DNA of 64,000 nucleotides from Eledone cirrhosa (Eukaryota): NCBI GenBank assembly GCA_964016885.1, contig OZ024756.1, positions 8,122,001 to 8,186,000 of the forward strand, read 5' to 3'. Shown piece by piece: positions 46,435 to 61,257 of this stretch (position 1 is its first letter; each line of letters starts with the position of its first letter). The notes under the pieces were generated by a model. It saw only the letters and a program-made list of their open reading frames with translations, ran no database searches and was not told where the DNA came from. The position numbers and the translations under genes were made by a program.

Positions 46435-47530
46435 ACACAATCACCTTCAAATGCCTAGAGGGCTCTATAGAAGTGGTAGATAGCTTCTGTTACCTGGATG
46501 ACCAAATTAGCAGTGGGGTGTGTTCCAAAAGTACAGTATCCATAGTGAGATCGGGTTGGAGAAAGTTCAGAGAGATACTACCGCTGCTAACTACAAAAGG
46601 ATTTTACCTCAACATTAAAGCAGACGGTATGATGCATGTATAAGAACAACTATGTTGCACAGGAGCGAGACCTGGGCACTGTGTTCTAAGGACTTGTGTA
46701 GATTGGAAAGAAATGAAGCCTCAATGCTCCGATGGATGTGCAATAGCAATATACGTGAATGGCAAAGTATAAACGTACTGCGTGTGAAGTTAGGCATAAG
46801 AGGGATCAGTTGTTGCATGCAAGAGAGGAGATTACATTGGTTTGGACATGTGAATCACATGAGGGATGTCAGCTGTATAAAAAGGGGCAGAACGCTCAAA
46901 TTGATGGTAGCCATGGACTAGGCAGGACTAGGAAGACCTGGAGGGAGGTAATAAGAGCTGACTTTGCTCAGTTACACCTCACTAAGGAGATGACACAGGA
47001 CCGTCACCTCTGGCACTATGAAGTATTACAGAAGACCCACCCTCTATTCTCAGGCTGAGGCATATGCCCAGTAGTTAACACCATTCCCTACTATCTCCCT
47101 CTCATAACCCTCCCATACACCTATATCCCCAATTTTCCAAAGCATCTTCCCCGCCCCTCCCAAGTTCCCAACCTCCTCTATAAAGTGATGCCCCTGGAAC
47201 CATGACGAAAGAGCCCAGCCCATTGTAGTGGTCATGTAGGTGTCATGACAAAAGCAAGCGCCCAGTCCGCAATGTAAAGGTGCTGTGTAGGTGTCACGAC
47301 AAAAAGCATACAGTCCACGCTGTAAAGTGGTCACATATGCGACACAGAAAAAAGCACCCAGCACACACTGTAAATGTGCGTGGTGTTAGGAAGGGCATCC
47401 AGCCATAGAGGCCAAGCCAGATCAGCTCTGAGTGAGTAAATCATGGTCCCCCAACCTGATCCCTTATAGGAGAACAACCCATCCTATCCATGCAAGCATG
47501 GAAGATGGACGTTAAACAATGATGATGATA
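46435..47530 (+). mobile_element. 5'-truncated RTE-clade LINE (3' ORF end plus 3' UTR ending in (GAT)n)
   Basis: Translations FCYLDD, MLHRSETWAL, ERRLHWFGHV and GRTRKTW. Homologous to 52400-53400. Confidence 0.85.
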
Positions 47531-47928
47531 TATAGTTTCAAAGCTAGAGTTATAAAGTGGTCGTGTCAGAGTCACAACGAAAAGCAACCAGCCCACACTG
47601 TAAATGTGGTTGGTGTTAGGAATGGCATCCATCTGTTGAAATCTAGCCAGAAAAATTATATATGAGCAAGACACGGTCACCTGACCCAACTTGCCTCAAA
47701 TGAGACAACCCGTCTAACCCATGCTAGTTTGAAAAGTGGACATTAAACAATGATGATGATATGTATGTAGTTGACAGCCGAGAGAAAAGAGAACTCAATA
47801 CCAAAGTAGAGTTTAAATATTCATTTTATTAAGGCTAAATATTGAATCTTGTTATTCTGGAGTTTTGCCTGCTTCTCACAGGTTCGTGTTGTCAGCCTTG
47901 AACCTTAATTAAATATCTATCTATCTAT

Positions 47929-48110
47929 CTAGGGCGGATAAAATTCCCGAGATCCATAGGCGAGTTCTCTCCAGCGGTCTCTGTCTCTCATTATCGCTGC
48001 CATGTCCTGCGTCTCCAAGAGACCAGTGTCTGTCCTTAGGGCATCAACATATGTTAACTTTGGTCTTCCTCTTCCAGTGTGTCCATGCAGGGGCTGAGAA
48101 TGAATGAGTT
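47929..48110 (-). mobile_element. Extreme 3' fragment of a non-LTR retrotransposon ORF
   Basis: GRGRPKLTYVDALRTDTGL...MRDRDRWR followed by a (TAGA)n tail. Confidence 0.65.
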
Positions 48111-48181
48111 TAAGACAAAATATCTGGTAGAGAATATTAAGAAGCCAGAGAAGATTACTAAGAAGATTACTACAGCTTGAG

Positions 48182-48243
<62 letters not shown>

Positions 48244-48442
48244 GTACACGTACATACATATATGTATACAGACGTACAGTAGTATGTACGTATATATACA
48301 TACATGCACACATATATATATGTACGTATGGATTCACCGAACATTTATTATAATGCTCGGTGTGTTTGTAAACAAACATCCCGTATTAAGCCGTAGTGTC
48401 CAGCAACCATCGTTGCTCGTTTGTTCAACACTGACAAAGGAA

Positions 48443-48483
48443 CGCTGTACTAGTTTCAAGCTTATTAGCTATCGTCAGCAACG
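48443..48483 (-). ncRNA. Minimal type I hammerhead ribozyme
   Basis: CGTTG-CTGACGA-TAGC TAATAA GCTT-GAAA-CTAG-TA-CAGCG, with palindromic stem III ACTAGT and a GUA triplet. Confidence 0.8.
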
Positions 48484-48563
48484 TATACCTTCCTGCCAGA
48501 TTGTTGAACGTATATACTTAACTTATGCACATTAACGGCTCAGTAGCCCAATTTGCATATCAG

Positions 48564-48604
48564 TGTTGCTGACGATAGCTAATAAGCTTGAAACTAGTAC
48601 AGCG
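48564..48604 (+). ncRNA. Minimal type I hammerhead ribozyme (inverted partner)
   Basis: TGTTG-CTGACGA-TAGCTAATAAGCTT-GAAA-CTAG-TA-CAGCG. Confidence 0.78.
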
Positions 48605-48870
48605 TTCCTTTGTCAGTGTTGAACAAAAGAGCAACGATGGTTGCTGGACACTACGGCTTAATACGGGATGTTTGTTTACAAACACACCGAGCATTATAAT
48701 AAATGTTCGGTGAATCCATACGTACATATATATATGTGTGCATGTATGTATATATATATATACATACTACTGTACGTCTGTATACATATATGTATGTACG
48801 TAATATATACTTATATTTAAGTAACAGCCGTACTAAGAGTGGGAAATGAAATTTCCTTTCATTTTTTTCC

Positions 48871-48932
<62 letters not shown>

Positions 48933-49172
48933 TTATATATATATAGTAGGTATATATTTCATGCAAGCATGGAAAAGCGGACATAAAAAATGATGATATA
49001 TTGTTTTCTCCCTTGGTCTTGTTTTAAAGGCTCTCTCCAGTTCTCCGTCAGTATTCCACCTTCCCTATCTCTTTATCTACAATTTCTGTCACATGAAGTC
49101 TGTTTCCTCCTTTTCCATATCTTTTCTGTCCACGCTTCGCTTAGAATATGCTCACCCTCTTCACTCTGTGTA

Positions 49173-49518
49173 TCATCATTTCATCATCATTTCATTTTAC
49201 GTCCACTTTTCCCTGCTTGCAAGGGTGGGACGGGAACTGATTCTGGCTTGATTTCTACAGCTGGATGCCCTTCCTAACACCAACCTCATTTACAGTGAGT
49301 GCTGGGTGCTTTTTTGCGTGGTACCTCCACGACCACTTTGCAGTGGAATGATAGGGACCCCAGTCCCTATCATCTCATTTCTACAGCTGAGTAAACTGGA
49401 GCAATGTGAAATAAAGTGTCTTGCTCAAGGAAACAACACATCACCCGGTCTGAGAATTGAACTCACAACCTTTCGATTGCAAGGCCAATGCTCTAACCAC
49501 TAAGCCATGTGCCTCCAT
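49173..49518 (-). mobile_element. tRNA-derived SINE with RTE-like 3' tail
   Basis: A box TGGCTTAGTGG, B box GAGTTCAATTC and central CCTTGAGCAAGACACTT. The tail TGTTAGGAAGGGCATCCAGC...GGACGTAAAATGAAATGATGATG is shared with the RTE 3' UTRs. Confidence 0.8.
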
Positions 49519-49573
49519 AAAGTTTATATAAAATCATAGAAAGTAAAACGAAAGCCATTATTGCCTCTCAATA

Positions 49574-49763
49574 AGGGCGGTGAATTGGCAGTATCGGTAG
49601 AGGATCGGACGCCATGTTTCCAGCATAGTTACGTCCCTTTACGGTAAGAGTTCAAATCCCGTCGAGGTTAACTTTGCCTTTCATCCTTACGGGGTCGATA
49701 AAATAAAGTACCAGTAATGTACTGGGTAATTGCTGGCCTTGCGCCAAAAGTAGAAACAATTAT
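49574..49763 (+). mobile_element. Full-length SINE family S with 16-bp TSD
   Basis: TSD ATTATTGCCTCTCAAT at 49557-49572 and 49759-49774. Confidence 0.9.
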
Positions 49764-50389
49764 TGCCTCTCAATTCATCTGATTTCAACGACTGCTGTTT
49801 TGAAAAGCTCTTCAAGTAATATAAAATCATTCCTTCCCCTATTCATCCCCCTATCTAGCCCATCAATATACATTACTATTTTCTGCTCCTAACATTGTTC
49901 CATTTTTAAAAGCTTAGTCAATTAAAATTCAAAAATATTCTATCTCCCCGATCTCTTTATTCCCAATTTCAGTCACATTTCCCCTCGGTCATGTTTTGCT
50001 TGGTCTTGTTTTACAGGCTCTTTGTCAGTATTCATCACCCATATTCCCTCCCCACTTACCTCATATACCACCGCAGATATTTTGAACAATCAAAACTCAG
50101 CAGCACAAAATACTTTTCTCTCTAAACCCAATTTCTACCACAAAAGTTACTTCTTCTATCCTCCTAAATATTGTTATCGACCTGGTTGTTGTTTCATATG
50201 ATAAATTGACTTCAGTGTTGGAGAGTTGATCACTCCTAAAGATGAATATGAAATCACCTCACGTCCCTGAATGACCAGGCACTCTTCTTTGTTTTAGGCA
50301 TAGAAAATCAAAATCACACCAATTCACTTCCCACTCTCCTCCACAATCTTTCATCTTCTTCCCCCACCCCCACCCTTCCGGTGCACTCC

Positions 50390-53300
50390 ATAACTTCAGA
50401 GCTGCTACCATCAACATAGGCATAATGAGAGGACGATCAGGTGAGATTGTAGATATGCTTGAATGAATTAAAGTTGATGTATGCTGTGTACAAGAGTATA
50501 GATGGAGGGGAGGGTCAGCTAGATTCCTCGTGGGCAAAAAACAATGTTACAAATTCTTGTGGGTGGCAAATGATATCAGGTTAGCGGGAGTAAGGACGAT
50601 GTTAGCAGGAAAATGAGTAGATAAGGTAACTGCTGTAAATAGAGTGAACAACAGAATCATTAAAATTAGACTAGTATTAAATAGAACAACCGTGTCAACT
50701 ATATCTACTTAGGCATCCCAATCTGGTCTACTAGATGTACTAAAAGGCAGGTTTTATGAATCCCTAATGCACGCTACTTCCCAGATAAACAGCAGTGACT
50801 TCATAATCATTGCTGGTAACTTTAATAGGCATTTTGGGCAACATTGTGATGGCTTCAATGGGATCCACAGAGGTTTTGATGTTAGAAATGAGGATGGTTT
50901 TAGGCTCCTGGAATTCTGTGATGCCAATGACCTATCTATCTGTAACACAAACTTCAAAATAATGAGACAACCACCTGATCACCTGTGTAGATCGGGGAAG
51001 CATACCAGCCAAATATATGTTATCCTTACCAGAGGAGGAGACAATTAAGGCCAAAAAGACAGGCATGGAAAGAATGGTGGGATGGGGTAAGTAGAGATCA
51101 CTACCAGGATGCTAGGAGAAAAGCTATGTGACAAGTGTACTTTGCAAGAAGGGCAGCACAAGATACAAAATTTAAGCATGTTCTGCAATGCGAGAGCTAA
51201 AGGCGTGAGGTGTTCAGAATTGCGAGGTAATGTGTTAGAGAAAATTGTGATGTTGTTGGGGAGAAGTGTATGATGATAACGGACTACTCACCCTCATTGA
51301 TGCTGAAAAGAAGGTAGCATGGCAGTGCCACTATGAAAGACTATTGAATGAGGAGAATTAATGGGATAAAGATAGTTTGCCCCAAGTTGACCCATCAGAT
51401 GGACCAGCTGTGCAAGTTAGCAGTAGTATAGTAAGAAAGGCAATCAAAGATATGAAGACAGGTAAAGCACCTGGACCTTCGGGGATCGAGATACTGAAAG
51501 CATCAGGGATGGTGGGCACGTCATGGCCACCCGTACTGTAAATCAAGTAATACAAAATGGTTTGATACATAATGATTGTCATAGCAGCATCATTGTCAAT
51601 TGCTGCAAAATATAAGAGATGCTCTAGACAGAGAAAATTATAGAGGCATTAAGTTGGTTGACCAGGTCATGAAGGTCACTGAAATAGTTATTGCACAGCT
51701 GATTAAGAACCGAGTTAACCTAGATGAAATGCAGTTTGGATTTGTGCCACGGATGCTCTCTTCCTCGCGAAGCAACTACAGGAGAAGTACCTAGCTAAAA
51801 GTAAGCCCCTCTTCTTAGCTTTTGTTGACTTGGAGAAATTTGTTGACAGAGTCCCCCTTTCTATTATCCAGAAAGGAGCACTACTAGGAGTAGATGAGTG
51901 GCTTGTGAAGGCTGTACAAGCCATGTGTAGAGGAATAGTCAGCAAGGTTAGAATTAACAATGACTATAGTGAAGAATTTAGCGTAAAAGTAGGTGTTCAC
52001 CAAGACACCGTCCTTAGCCCTCTCCTGTTTATTATTGCTCTACAGAGGAGTTTAAGACTGGCTGCCCATGGGAACTCCCGTATGCTGATGATCTAAATCT
52101 TCATAGCTGAATCTATGGCAGAATTAGAGAAGAAATTCCAAACCTGGACGTATGGCCTAGAATGAAAAGGTCTTAACGTTAACTTGATAAAGACTGAAGC
52201 CCTTTCTCCGCAGGGAAATGGTCTTGCTCATTGTGCAGGAAATATGGAGGTAGTAATTCCATCCTATATCCCAAATGCAAGCTATGGGTACATAAAATAT
52301 GTAGTGCGATCACAGGCAGACTATCAAAGAACGTAGGTTTTACATGCGGCCGATGCACGGGTGCAGTAAGTAGCAAGTGTCCACAGAATACTAGCTCCTT
52401 CAATTGCTATGATGGCTCTTTAGAAATAGTAACAGTTTCTGTTATCTAGATGACAAAATCAGCAGTGGAGGAGGGTGTTTTAAAAGTACAGTAGCCAGAG
52501 TAAGAACAGGATGGAGAAAGTTCAGAGAACTACTATCGTTGCTAGCTACAAAAGGTTTTCCCCTTAAAATGAAGGGCAGATTGCACGATGCATATATACG
52601 AACAGTAATGTTGCATGGTAGTGAAACCTGGGCACTGTGTGCAGAGAGGACGTGCAAAGATTGAAAAGAAATAAAGCCTGCATGTTCCAATGGATGTGTA
52701 GTAGTAATATACTTGAACTGCAAAGTGTAAATGAATTGAGAGAAAAACTGGGCATAAGAGGGATCAGATGCAGTGTGCAAGAGAGGAGATTGCATTGGTA
52801 TAGCCATGTGATGCGTATTAACGATGACAGCTGTATAAAAAGGTGCAAGGCAATTATAGTTGATGGAATATATGGAGTAGGAAGACCCTGGAAGGCCTGG
52901 GATGAGGTGATAAAAGCTGACTTTGCTTAATTTCACTTCTCTAAGACAATGACACAGGATTGAGATCTTTGGAGTAATATAAAAAAAACCATGCACACGG
53001 ACTGAAGTATACATCTAATAGTCACCTCTTAACCACTATCCTCCCTCCCCTTTCCATACACCTCCCCTGTCCTACCCCCCCCCCCATATCTGATCACACC
53101 ACTCTTACACTATAAAGTTGTCATGTTAATATCACAACAAAAATCATCCAGCCCACACTATAAAGTGTTTGTGTAGGTGTCATAACAAAAAGCACCCAAC
53201 CTACTCTGTAAAGTAGTTGTGCAGGTTTCACGAAAAAAAGCACCCAGCACACACTGTAAATTTGGTTGGCATTCTATATGAGCAAGACACGGTCACCTGA

Positions 53301-53400
53301 TCCAACTTGCCTCAAACCCATCAACCCATCAAACCCATGCGAGTGTGAAAAATAGACAGTAAATGATGATGATGAAACAATGATGATGATGATGATGATG
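50390..53400 (+). mobile_element. Decayed near-full-length RTE-clade LINE (APE endonuclease, RT, Cys-rich insert, 3' UTR with (GAT)n)
   Basis: Motifs VDVCCVQE, GNFNRHFG, LLEFCDAN, GKAPGPSG, NYRGIKL, QFGF, FVDLEK.VDRVP, GVHQDTVLSPLLF, YADD and RRLHWYSHVMR. Many stops and frameshifts. Confidence 0.92.
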
Positions 53401-53420
53401 ATATATATATATATATATAT

Positions 53421-53762
<342 letters not shown>

Positions 53763-53885
53763 GGAGGTGAGTTTTATTGTAGTACAATAAAGCAATACAG
53801 ATATCGGATAAGAAGCACTCTACAGTTTGTAGGACTGGAGTATACATAATATATAATATCAAAAGATGGTTAAAAGAGTTCCATG

Positions 53886-53956
53886 TATTTTATTATGCGC
53901 ATTTCAAAAACAAATACCATCATGCAATAACATTTGTGTTTTCATCAGATAAAATA
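53886..53956 (-). ncRNA. Type I hammerhead ribozyme
   Basis: TATTTTAT-CTGATGA-AAACACAAAT...ATTTGTTTTT-GAAA-TGCGCA-TA-ATAAAATA: perfect 8-bp stem I, palindromic stem III ATGCGCAT, AUA triplet. Confidence 0.8.
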
Positions 53957-54060
53957 GGAAGACATGATATGAAGGTTAAAGCACACTTGTTAATAGTGCA
54001 TATGTTGATTTAAAACTGCACTATTCACAAGTGTTTTTTAACCTTCATATCATGTCTTCC

Positions 54061-54131
54061 TATTTTATCTGATGAAAACACAAATGTTATTGCATGATGA
54101 TATTTGTTTTTGAAATGCGCATAATATAATA
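54061..54131 (+). ncRNA. Type I hammerhead ribozyme (inverted partner)
   Basis: Same fold, with one mismatch in stem I. Confidence 0.75.
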
Positions 54132-54159
54132 CATGAAACTCTTTTAACCATCTTTTGAT

Positions 54160-54269
<110 letters not shown>

Positions 54270-54392
54270 GGAGGTGAGTTTTATTGTAGTACAATAAAGC
54301 AATACAGATATCGGATAAGAAGCACTCTACAGTTTGTAGGACTGGAGTATACATAATATATAATATCAAAAGATGGTTAAAAGAGTTCCATG

Positions 54393-54463
54393 TATTTTAT
54401 TATGCGCATTTCAAAAACAAATACCATCATGCAATAACATTTGTGTTTTCATCAGATAAAATA
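54393..54463 (-). ncRNA. Type I hammerhead ribozyme (unit 2)
   Basis: Copy of 53886-53956 at +507. Confidence 0.8.
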
Positions 54464-54567
54464 GGAAGACATGATATGAAGGTTAAAGCACACTTGTTAA
54501 TAGTGCATATGTTGATTTAAAACTGCACTATTCACAAGTGTTTTTTAACCTTCATATCATGTCTTCC

Positions 54568-54638
54568 TATTTTATCTGATGAAAACACAAATGTTATTGC
54601 ATGATGATATTTGTTTTTGAAATGCGCATAATATAATA
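54568..54638 (+). ncRNA. Type I hammerhead ribozyme (unit 2, inverted partner)
   Basis: Copy of 54061-54131 at +507. Confidence 0.75.
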
Positions 54639-54666
54639 CATGAAACTCTTTTAACCATCTTTTGAT

Positions 54667-56620
<1,954 letters not shown>

Positions 56621-56833
56621 GTAAACCAATATATTGGTACTTTTAATTAAACCAATGTTTTATTTATTCTGCTCAAGTTACACAAAAGCTCCTTTGTCAT
56701 CCTCAACATAAACAAACCTCTAATTTGCTAGCTAGAATCCTGTAATCAAGGATGTGATACAAAATAGATAAACAAGATACTAGCTTTACAGCCATAATAA
56801 CATTCAAACACATTTTTCCAGTGTTACAGTAAA

Positions 56834-56839
56834 TTTATT
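56834..56839 (-). terminator. Polyadenylation signal AATAAA of the prepropeptide gene
   Basis: AATAAA on the minus strand, followed ~25 nt later by GT-rich TGTGTTTGAATGTT. Confidence 0.55.
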
Positions 56840-56953
56840 TTCATGTGGAAATATAAAATATAAATATTATGTGTCATTATAAGAAACAAATGAAATACAG
56901 GGTTATCCAACGTTGTCAGTTACTTAAATGACCATTTTTTTAATGCTAAGATT

Positions 56954-57442
56954 TTAAGAAGTGGCTTCACGTAGTATTGCCCGAATTTCGTCGTATACAT
57001 CACGTGTTTCCGCGTCAGACCTACGTTTGGGATGTAGAGTTGCTACAATGTTGGAGGGTACATCACCTGTTTCCGCGTCAGACCTATGTTTGGGATGTAG
57101 AGTTGTTACAATGTTTGAGGGTACATCACGTGTTTCCGCGTCAGATGTGTGTTTGGGATGTAGAGTTGCTACAATGTTTGAGGGTACATCACGTGTTTCC
57201 GCGTCAGACCTATGTTTGGGATGTAGAGTTGCTACAATGCTGGAGGGTACATCACGTGTTTCCGCGTCAGACCTATGTTTGGGATGTAGAGTTGCTACAA
57301 TGCTGGAGGGTACATCACGTGTATGTCCAAACATGACTATATCATTATATTGATTGTAATCATCTACATATTCTGAAGCCAGTATTATCCCAATACAACA
57401 AAAAGCCAAAATTATTAACATGCTGCTGTAATACTGCTTCAT
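56954..57442 (-). CDS. Secreted prepropeptide (162 aa): signal peptide plus five 21-aa repeats, a neuropeptide/venom/pheromone-like precursor
   Basis: Intact ATG-to-TAA ORF with a hydrophobic N-terminus (MLIILAFCCIGIILA-S). Repeats R-DVPS[SN]IV[AT]TLHP-K[HR]R-SDAET with acidic spacers. A splice acceptor TTTTCAG lies 24 nt upstream of the ATG and AATAAA lies ~115 nt after the stop. Confidence 0.78.
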   Translation of the reverse strand: MKQYYSSMLIILAFCCIGIILASEYVDDYNQYNDIVMFGHTRDVPSSIVATLHPKHRSDAETRDVPSSIVATLHPKHRSDAETRDVPSNIVATLHPKHTSDAETRDVPSNIVTTLHPKHRSDAETGDVPSNIVATLHPKRRSDAETRDVYDEIRAILREATS

Positions 57443-57654
57443 ATTGTATTATATTTAACAGAATTCCTGAAAATATAGTAAAAAATAATAATAAAAAAGT
57501 TAGTTTTTTCATTCACTATCATTAGATAAATATCATTATATAATTGTGAATTATTCAACATGAAATGTAAAAAATGATGTTCTTGTGTTGTTGTTGTTGT
57601 ACATGTTTATATAATTCCATTAGATTTCATGGCAGAAAATCACTGCTACTTTAT

Positions 57655-57832
57655 CAGTATCGGTAGAGGGTCGGACGCTATGCTTTGCAGCAAAGAGTTA
57701 CGGCCCTTTATGATCTGAGTTCAAATCCTGCCGACGTTAATTTTGCCTTTCATCCTTACGGGGTCGATAAAATAAAGTACCAGTAATACACTGGAATAAT
57801 TGCTGGCCTTGTGCCAAAAGTAGAAACAATTA
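57655..57832 (+). mobile_element. SINE family S
   Basis: Homologous to 49574-49763. Confidence 0.85.
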
Positions 57833-57868
57833 TAAAAGGGAATTAAATATAATGAAGGAACAGAAATA

Positions 57869-57926
57869 TCTATATGTAATATAAAAGAGAAAAGTTTCTT
57901 CGTTGGTTGGTTTAATCACACGAAAA

Positions 57927-57971
<45 letters not shown>

Positions 57972-59734
57972 TAAAGAGAAAGAGGCAGAGCGAGAGAGAA
58001 AGAGAGAGAGAGAGAGAGGCCGTTAGACAGAGAGAGATACAATTCAAGTGTTAGATATTCAGATAAAGAGAAAGAATGGCAACGAACGCTGGTGTACACA
58101 CACACCCACATATATATAAAGAGAGAGAGAGAGAGAAGATCTCTGCGCGTTCTTGATTGTTTTTTTGGCCAACGTCTCTAATGCCAATGAGTGATTGAGA
58201 GGGGGAGAGAGAGAGTGAAAGAAACAGACATAGAGAGAAAAAGGGTGGAAGAGTTACAGAGGGTAAGAGAGAAAGAGAAACACAGAAAGAGAAAGTGGAA
58301 GAGAGAAATTAATTGTTTCTACGTTAGGCACAAGGCCAGCAATTACCCAGTGCATTACTGGTACTTTATTTTATCGACCCCGTAAGGATGAAAGGCAAAG
58401 TTAACCTTGGCGGGATTTGAACTCAGAATGGCAAGGGCCGTAACTCTATACGTCAAAGCATGGCGTCAGACCCTCTACCAATACTGCCAATCCAACCTTA
58501 TAAGAGAGAAATTAATACAAAGAGAGAAACTTTGGACTAGAAATTGAAAGTGACCGCACATTGCGAGAGAAAGTGACAGGAGAGAGAGAGGCTGTGTGTG
58601 TGTGTGTGTGTGTAACTGTGTGAAACGACACTAGACTATTAGAGCAGAGAAAATGAAAGAGGGACGTTGTGTGTTTGTTTCTGTGTGCTTGTATGTGTGC
58701 GTCAGTGTAGATGTGTGTGTGATGTGCCACAAAAGTCTACAATCGTCTTAAACTATTGATCAAAGTATCAGTTGAATGTTTAACAATATGGCGTTAGCTT
58801 TTATAAGTCGTTTTACACCAGTTTTTGATTTTACAGAACACACAAAAAATTGATACTATTTGAAATTAATCTACGGTGTATATTAATTTAGCTTTTTGAG
58901 GATAGTGTCATATATTATTATTGACCTAATTCAGATGATAGAGTGTCAACCTATTCTCTAAGGCTGCTATCTGCATTTATTTCAAGAAAATTAATTTCAT
59001 CATGTCACCAAAACACTGCTCATCTATCGGGGAAGTTATAATGTCCGCCAAACGGTTGAAATCTTCAAGCGAAAGAGAAACTCATGAACAATATAAAAAA
59101 AGACTTGGGAATAAAGTGGCACATCAACATTGTGACATTCAGCAGAATATGAGACGGGGAAACAAAGATGATCGCAACTTTCTGAAAGTGAACAGAACCT
59201 GAGACAGGAAACAAAAAGATTAAGGCAAGAAGAAAGACTTTTGCAACAAACAGAATTTCAATATGAAAATGACCAAGAGGCAATGAGAGTTGTGATGCAA
59301 ACTCAACGAGCACAATGGAGTATTCAAAGCAGAATAAACTGGCTAAGAGCTGCGTTTTCATATGATCCATCGAAGAATTATAGAAATGATCCTAAAGTCA
59401 CAATTGGTAGCATGGATATTACACTTGGCATGTGTTGCTTAGGAGAAAAAGTCAGACTTCCACTGATAGAGGACCCTCTAACTTTTATCCATATACTACT
59501 TACAGTCCGTACTAACGAAGCTAAACACTTCAGAAGCAATGTTATGCGGTATATTGCTGTGTTTCAGATGACGTCATTTGGAGCTGAAAAAGATCATACT
59601 GACTATGGTTATTTCAAAACATTTAAAATCCAAGGCCAATGCTACCATTTAATCGGCAGTTTACTCCCCAAGCCTAATAAGGAGGTTTTTATGATTGTTT
59701 TTTTTTTTGTCTCTCTCTCACACACACACACTAG
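57869..59734 (+). mobile_element. Decayed Helitron with N-terminal RepHel fragment (coding remnant ~59000-59690)
   Basis: GMCCLGEKVRLP...FRSNVMRYIAVFQMTSFGA...FKIQGQCYHLIGSLLP is typical of Helitron RepHel N-terminal regions. A TC start at 57869 and CTAG at ~59731 are tentative ends. Confidence 0.75.
58308..58495 (-). mobile_element. SINE family S
   Basis: Reverse complement of the family S consensus. Confidence 0.85.
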
Positions 59735-60454
59735 CCTCACCTCATACTGTAAACCAGACAACACATCCAATATAGTTATTTTCCCTTATAAGATAATTCT
59801 TGGGAGTATGCAAAAGAAAAAGACCAGTTTTAAACCTAGTTTTAGCAGAGTGGCTTTCAATAATATTTTTTACTTGCATCAGAAAAGAAACATTAATTCT
59901 ATCGACACATCAATTATTACCACAATTAAAGATAACATTTTCTCAAGTATTCGTGCATTTGTTTGGATATATAGACTATTTATCTGTTTGAAAAACAGTA
60001 GTATGTATATGATGTGTTTATTTAACTCTTATATCAAGACAACCAATGAATAACGACTGTCTGACATCTGTTATCTGTTATCACCACTACTACCAACACT
60101 TCTGGGATGTCCATTCCAACTGACCTTTTCCAATCTCCCCCATTCTTAATACTGTCCTTATTGACTATGTTGTCCAGTTGGTGAGGCTGTGGTTTAACAG
60201 CTAACCACACCAGTAAACATTTTAAAAAAATAGATATCATTTCTTTATAAACAGAAATAAATATTTCATTCTGTGAATAGAGTAAATAAAGAAAATTACA
60301 GCACATCATGCAAATGCTCCATGGTGCTGGCAAACAGAGGATGTATTAATGTAGAGAATGTACCAAATTTTGAAGTAATTTATTTTTCTTTAATTACTTT
60401 TGGGCAAATAAATTTTGAACTAGTATTAAAAAAAACTAAAAAAAAACAGTAATA

Positions 60455-60548
60455 TAATTGTTTCTATTTTAGGCACAAGGCCAGCAATAACCCAGTGCAT
60501 TACTGGTACTTTATTTTATCGACCCCATAAGGATGAAAGGCAAAGTCA
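60455..60548 (-). mobile_element. 5'-truncated SINE family S with TSD
   Basis: AAAAAAACAGTAATATAAT on both sides. Confidence 0.85.
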
Positions 60549-60845
60549 AATAAAAAAAAACAGTAATATAATGAAAACAAGACTAACTGGAAATTAGAAC
60601 ACATTTTTAATTAAATTGAAATAGTTACTTAGTTGAACAGTTATGTCATTTTATAATTTCAAATTAAAAAAGATTGTAAAAACTAAGAAGGGAATAAATA
60701 TGTAATCACAACCACATATTTTTATCTGCAATTTGTTCAGAGCCTTGAAGCTAAACTGATGATATTTCAGATGAGAATTGATGTCCCTGTTTAGCAGTGA
60801 CTGACTATCTCACTATTCAGTGAGATAGTCAGCATTATGAACCAG

Positions 60846-60980
60846 TTACGTCCCTTTACGATCTGAGTTCAAATCCCGCCGAGGTTGACTTTGCCTTTCA
60901 TCCTTACAGGGTCGATAAAATAAAGTACCAGTAATGCACTGGGTAATTGCTGGCCTTGTGCCTAAAGTAGAGACAATTAT
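60846..60980 (+). mobile_element. 5'-truncated SINE family S with 13-bp TSD
   Basis: ATTATGAACCAGT at 60834-60846 and 60976-60988. Confidence 0.88.
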
Positions 60981-61123
60981 GAACCAGTATATCTTTAAGT
61001 ATATTTCATTTAATAGATTATCTCTTCAAATATAATTTTGAAAATAATTTACTAAATAGATGTTATAGAAAATAAATACATTGTTGTTTGAATTGAAGTT
61101 GAATTCAATAATAGATCAAAGTT

Positions 61124-61224
61124 AACTTACTGGTTAAAGGTGGAGAGAGGCTAAGAACAAACTGCTGCAACTGTTACTGTTCTGCTTGTCTGTTGCAATG
61201 TTGCAGCAACTTTCCTCTTTTATA
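61124..61224 (-). promoter_or_regulatory. Candidate TATA promoter and short non-coding first exon of the prepropeptide gene
   Basis: TATAAAAG at 61224-61217, then a ~65-nt ATG-free segment ending in donor CCA|GTAAGTT (intron would run 61130-57467). Confidence 0.55.
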
Positions 61225-61257
61225 CTGGATTACACAGGAGCTTTTAATGAAGGTTCC

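Larger units (their letters stand above)
48244..48801. mobile_element. ~240-bp-arm fold-back element next to (TA)n, carrying inverted hammerheads (family B)
   Basis: 48244-48482 is the reverse complement of 48565-48801, with a ~82-bp spacer. Confidence 0.85.

Noticed and set aside
47845-47900. Minus-strand CTGACAA...CAAAACTCCAGAATA possible ribozyme relic
   Set aside because: Multiple core substitutions.
49400-49518. tRNA gene
   Set aside because: A/B boxes belong to a SINE head; no complete cloverleaf.
56961-57353. Plus-strand ORFs overlapping the peptide precursor
   Set aside because: Antisense shadows of the 63-bp repeat, lacking a signal peptide and gene signals.
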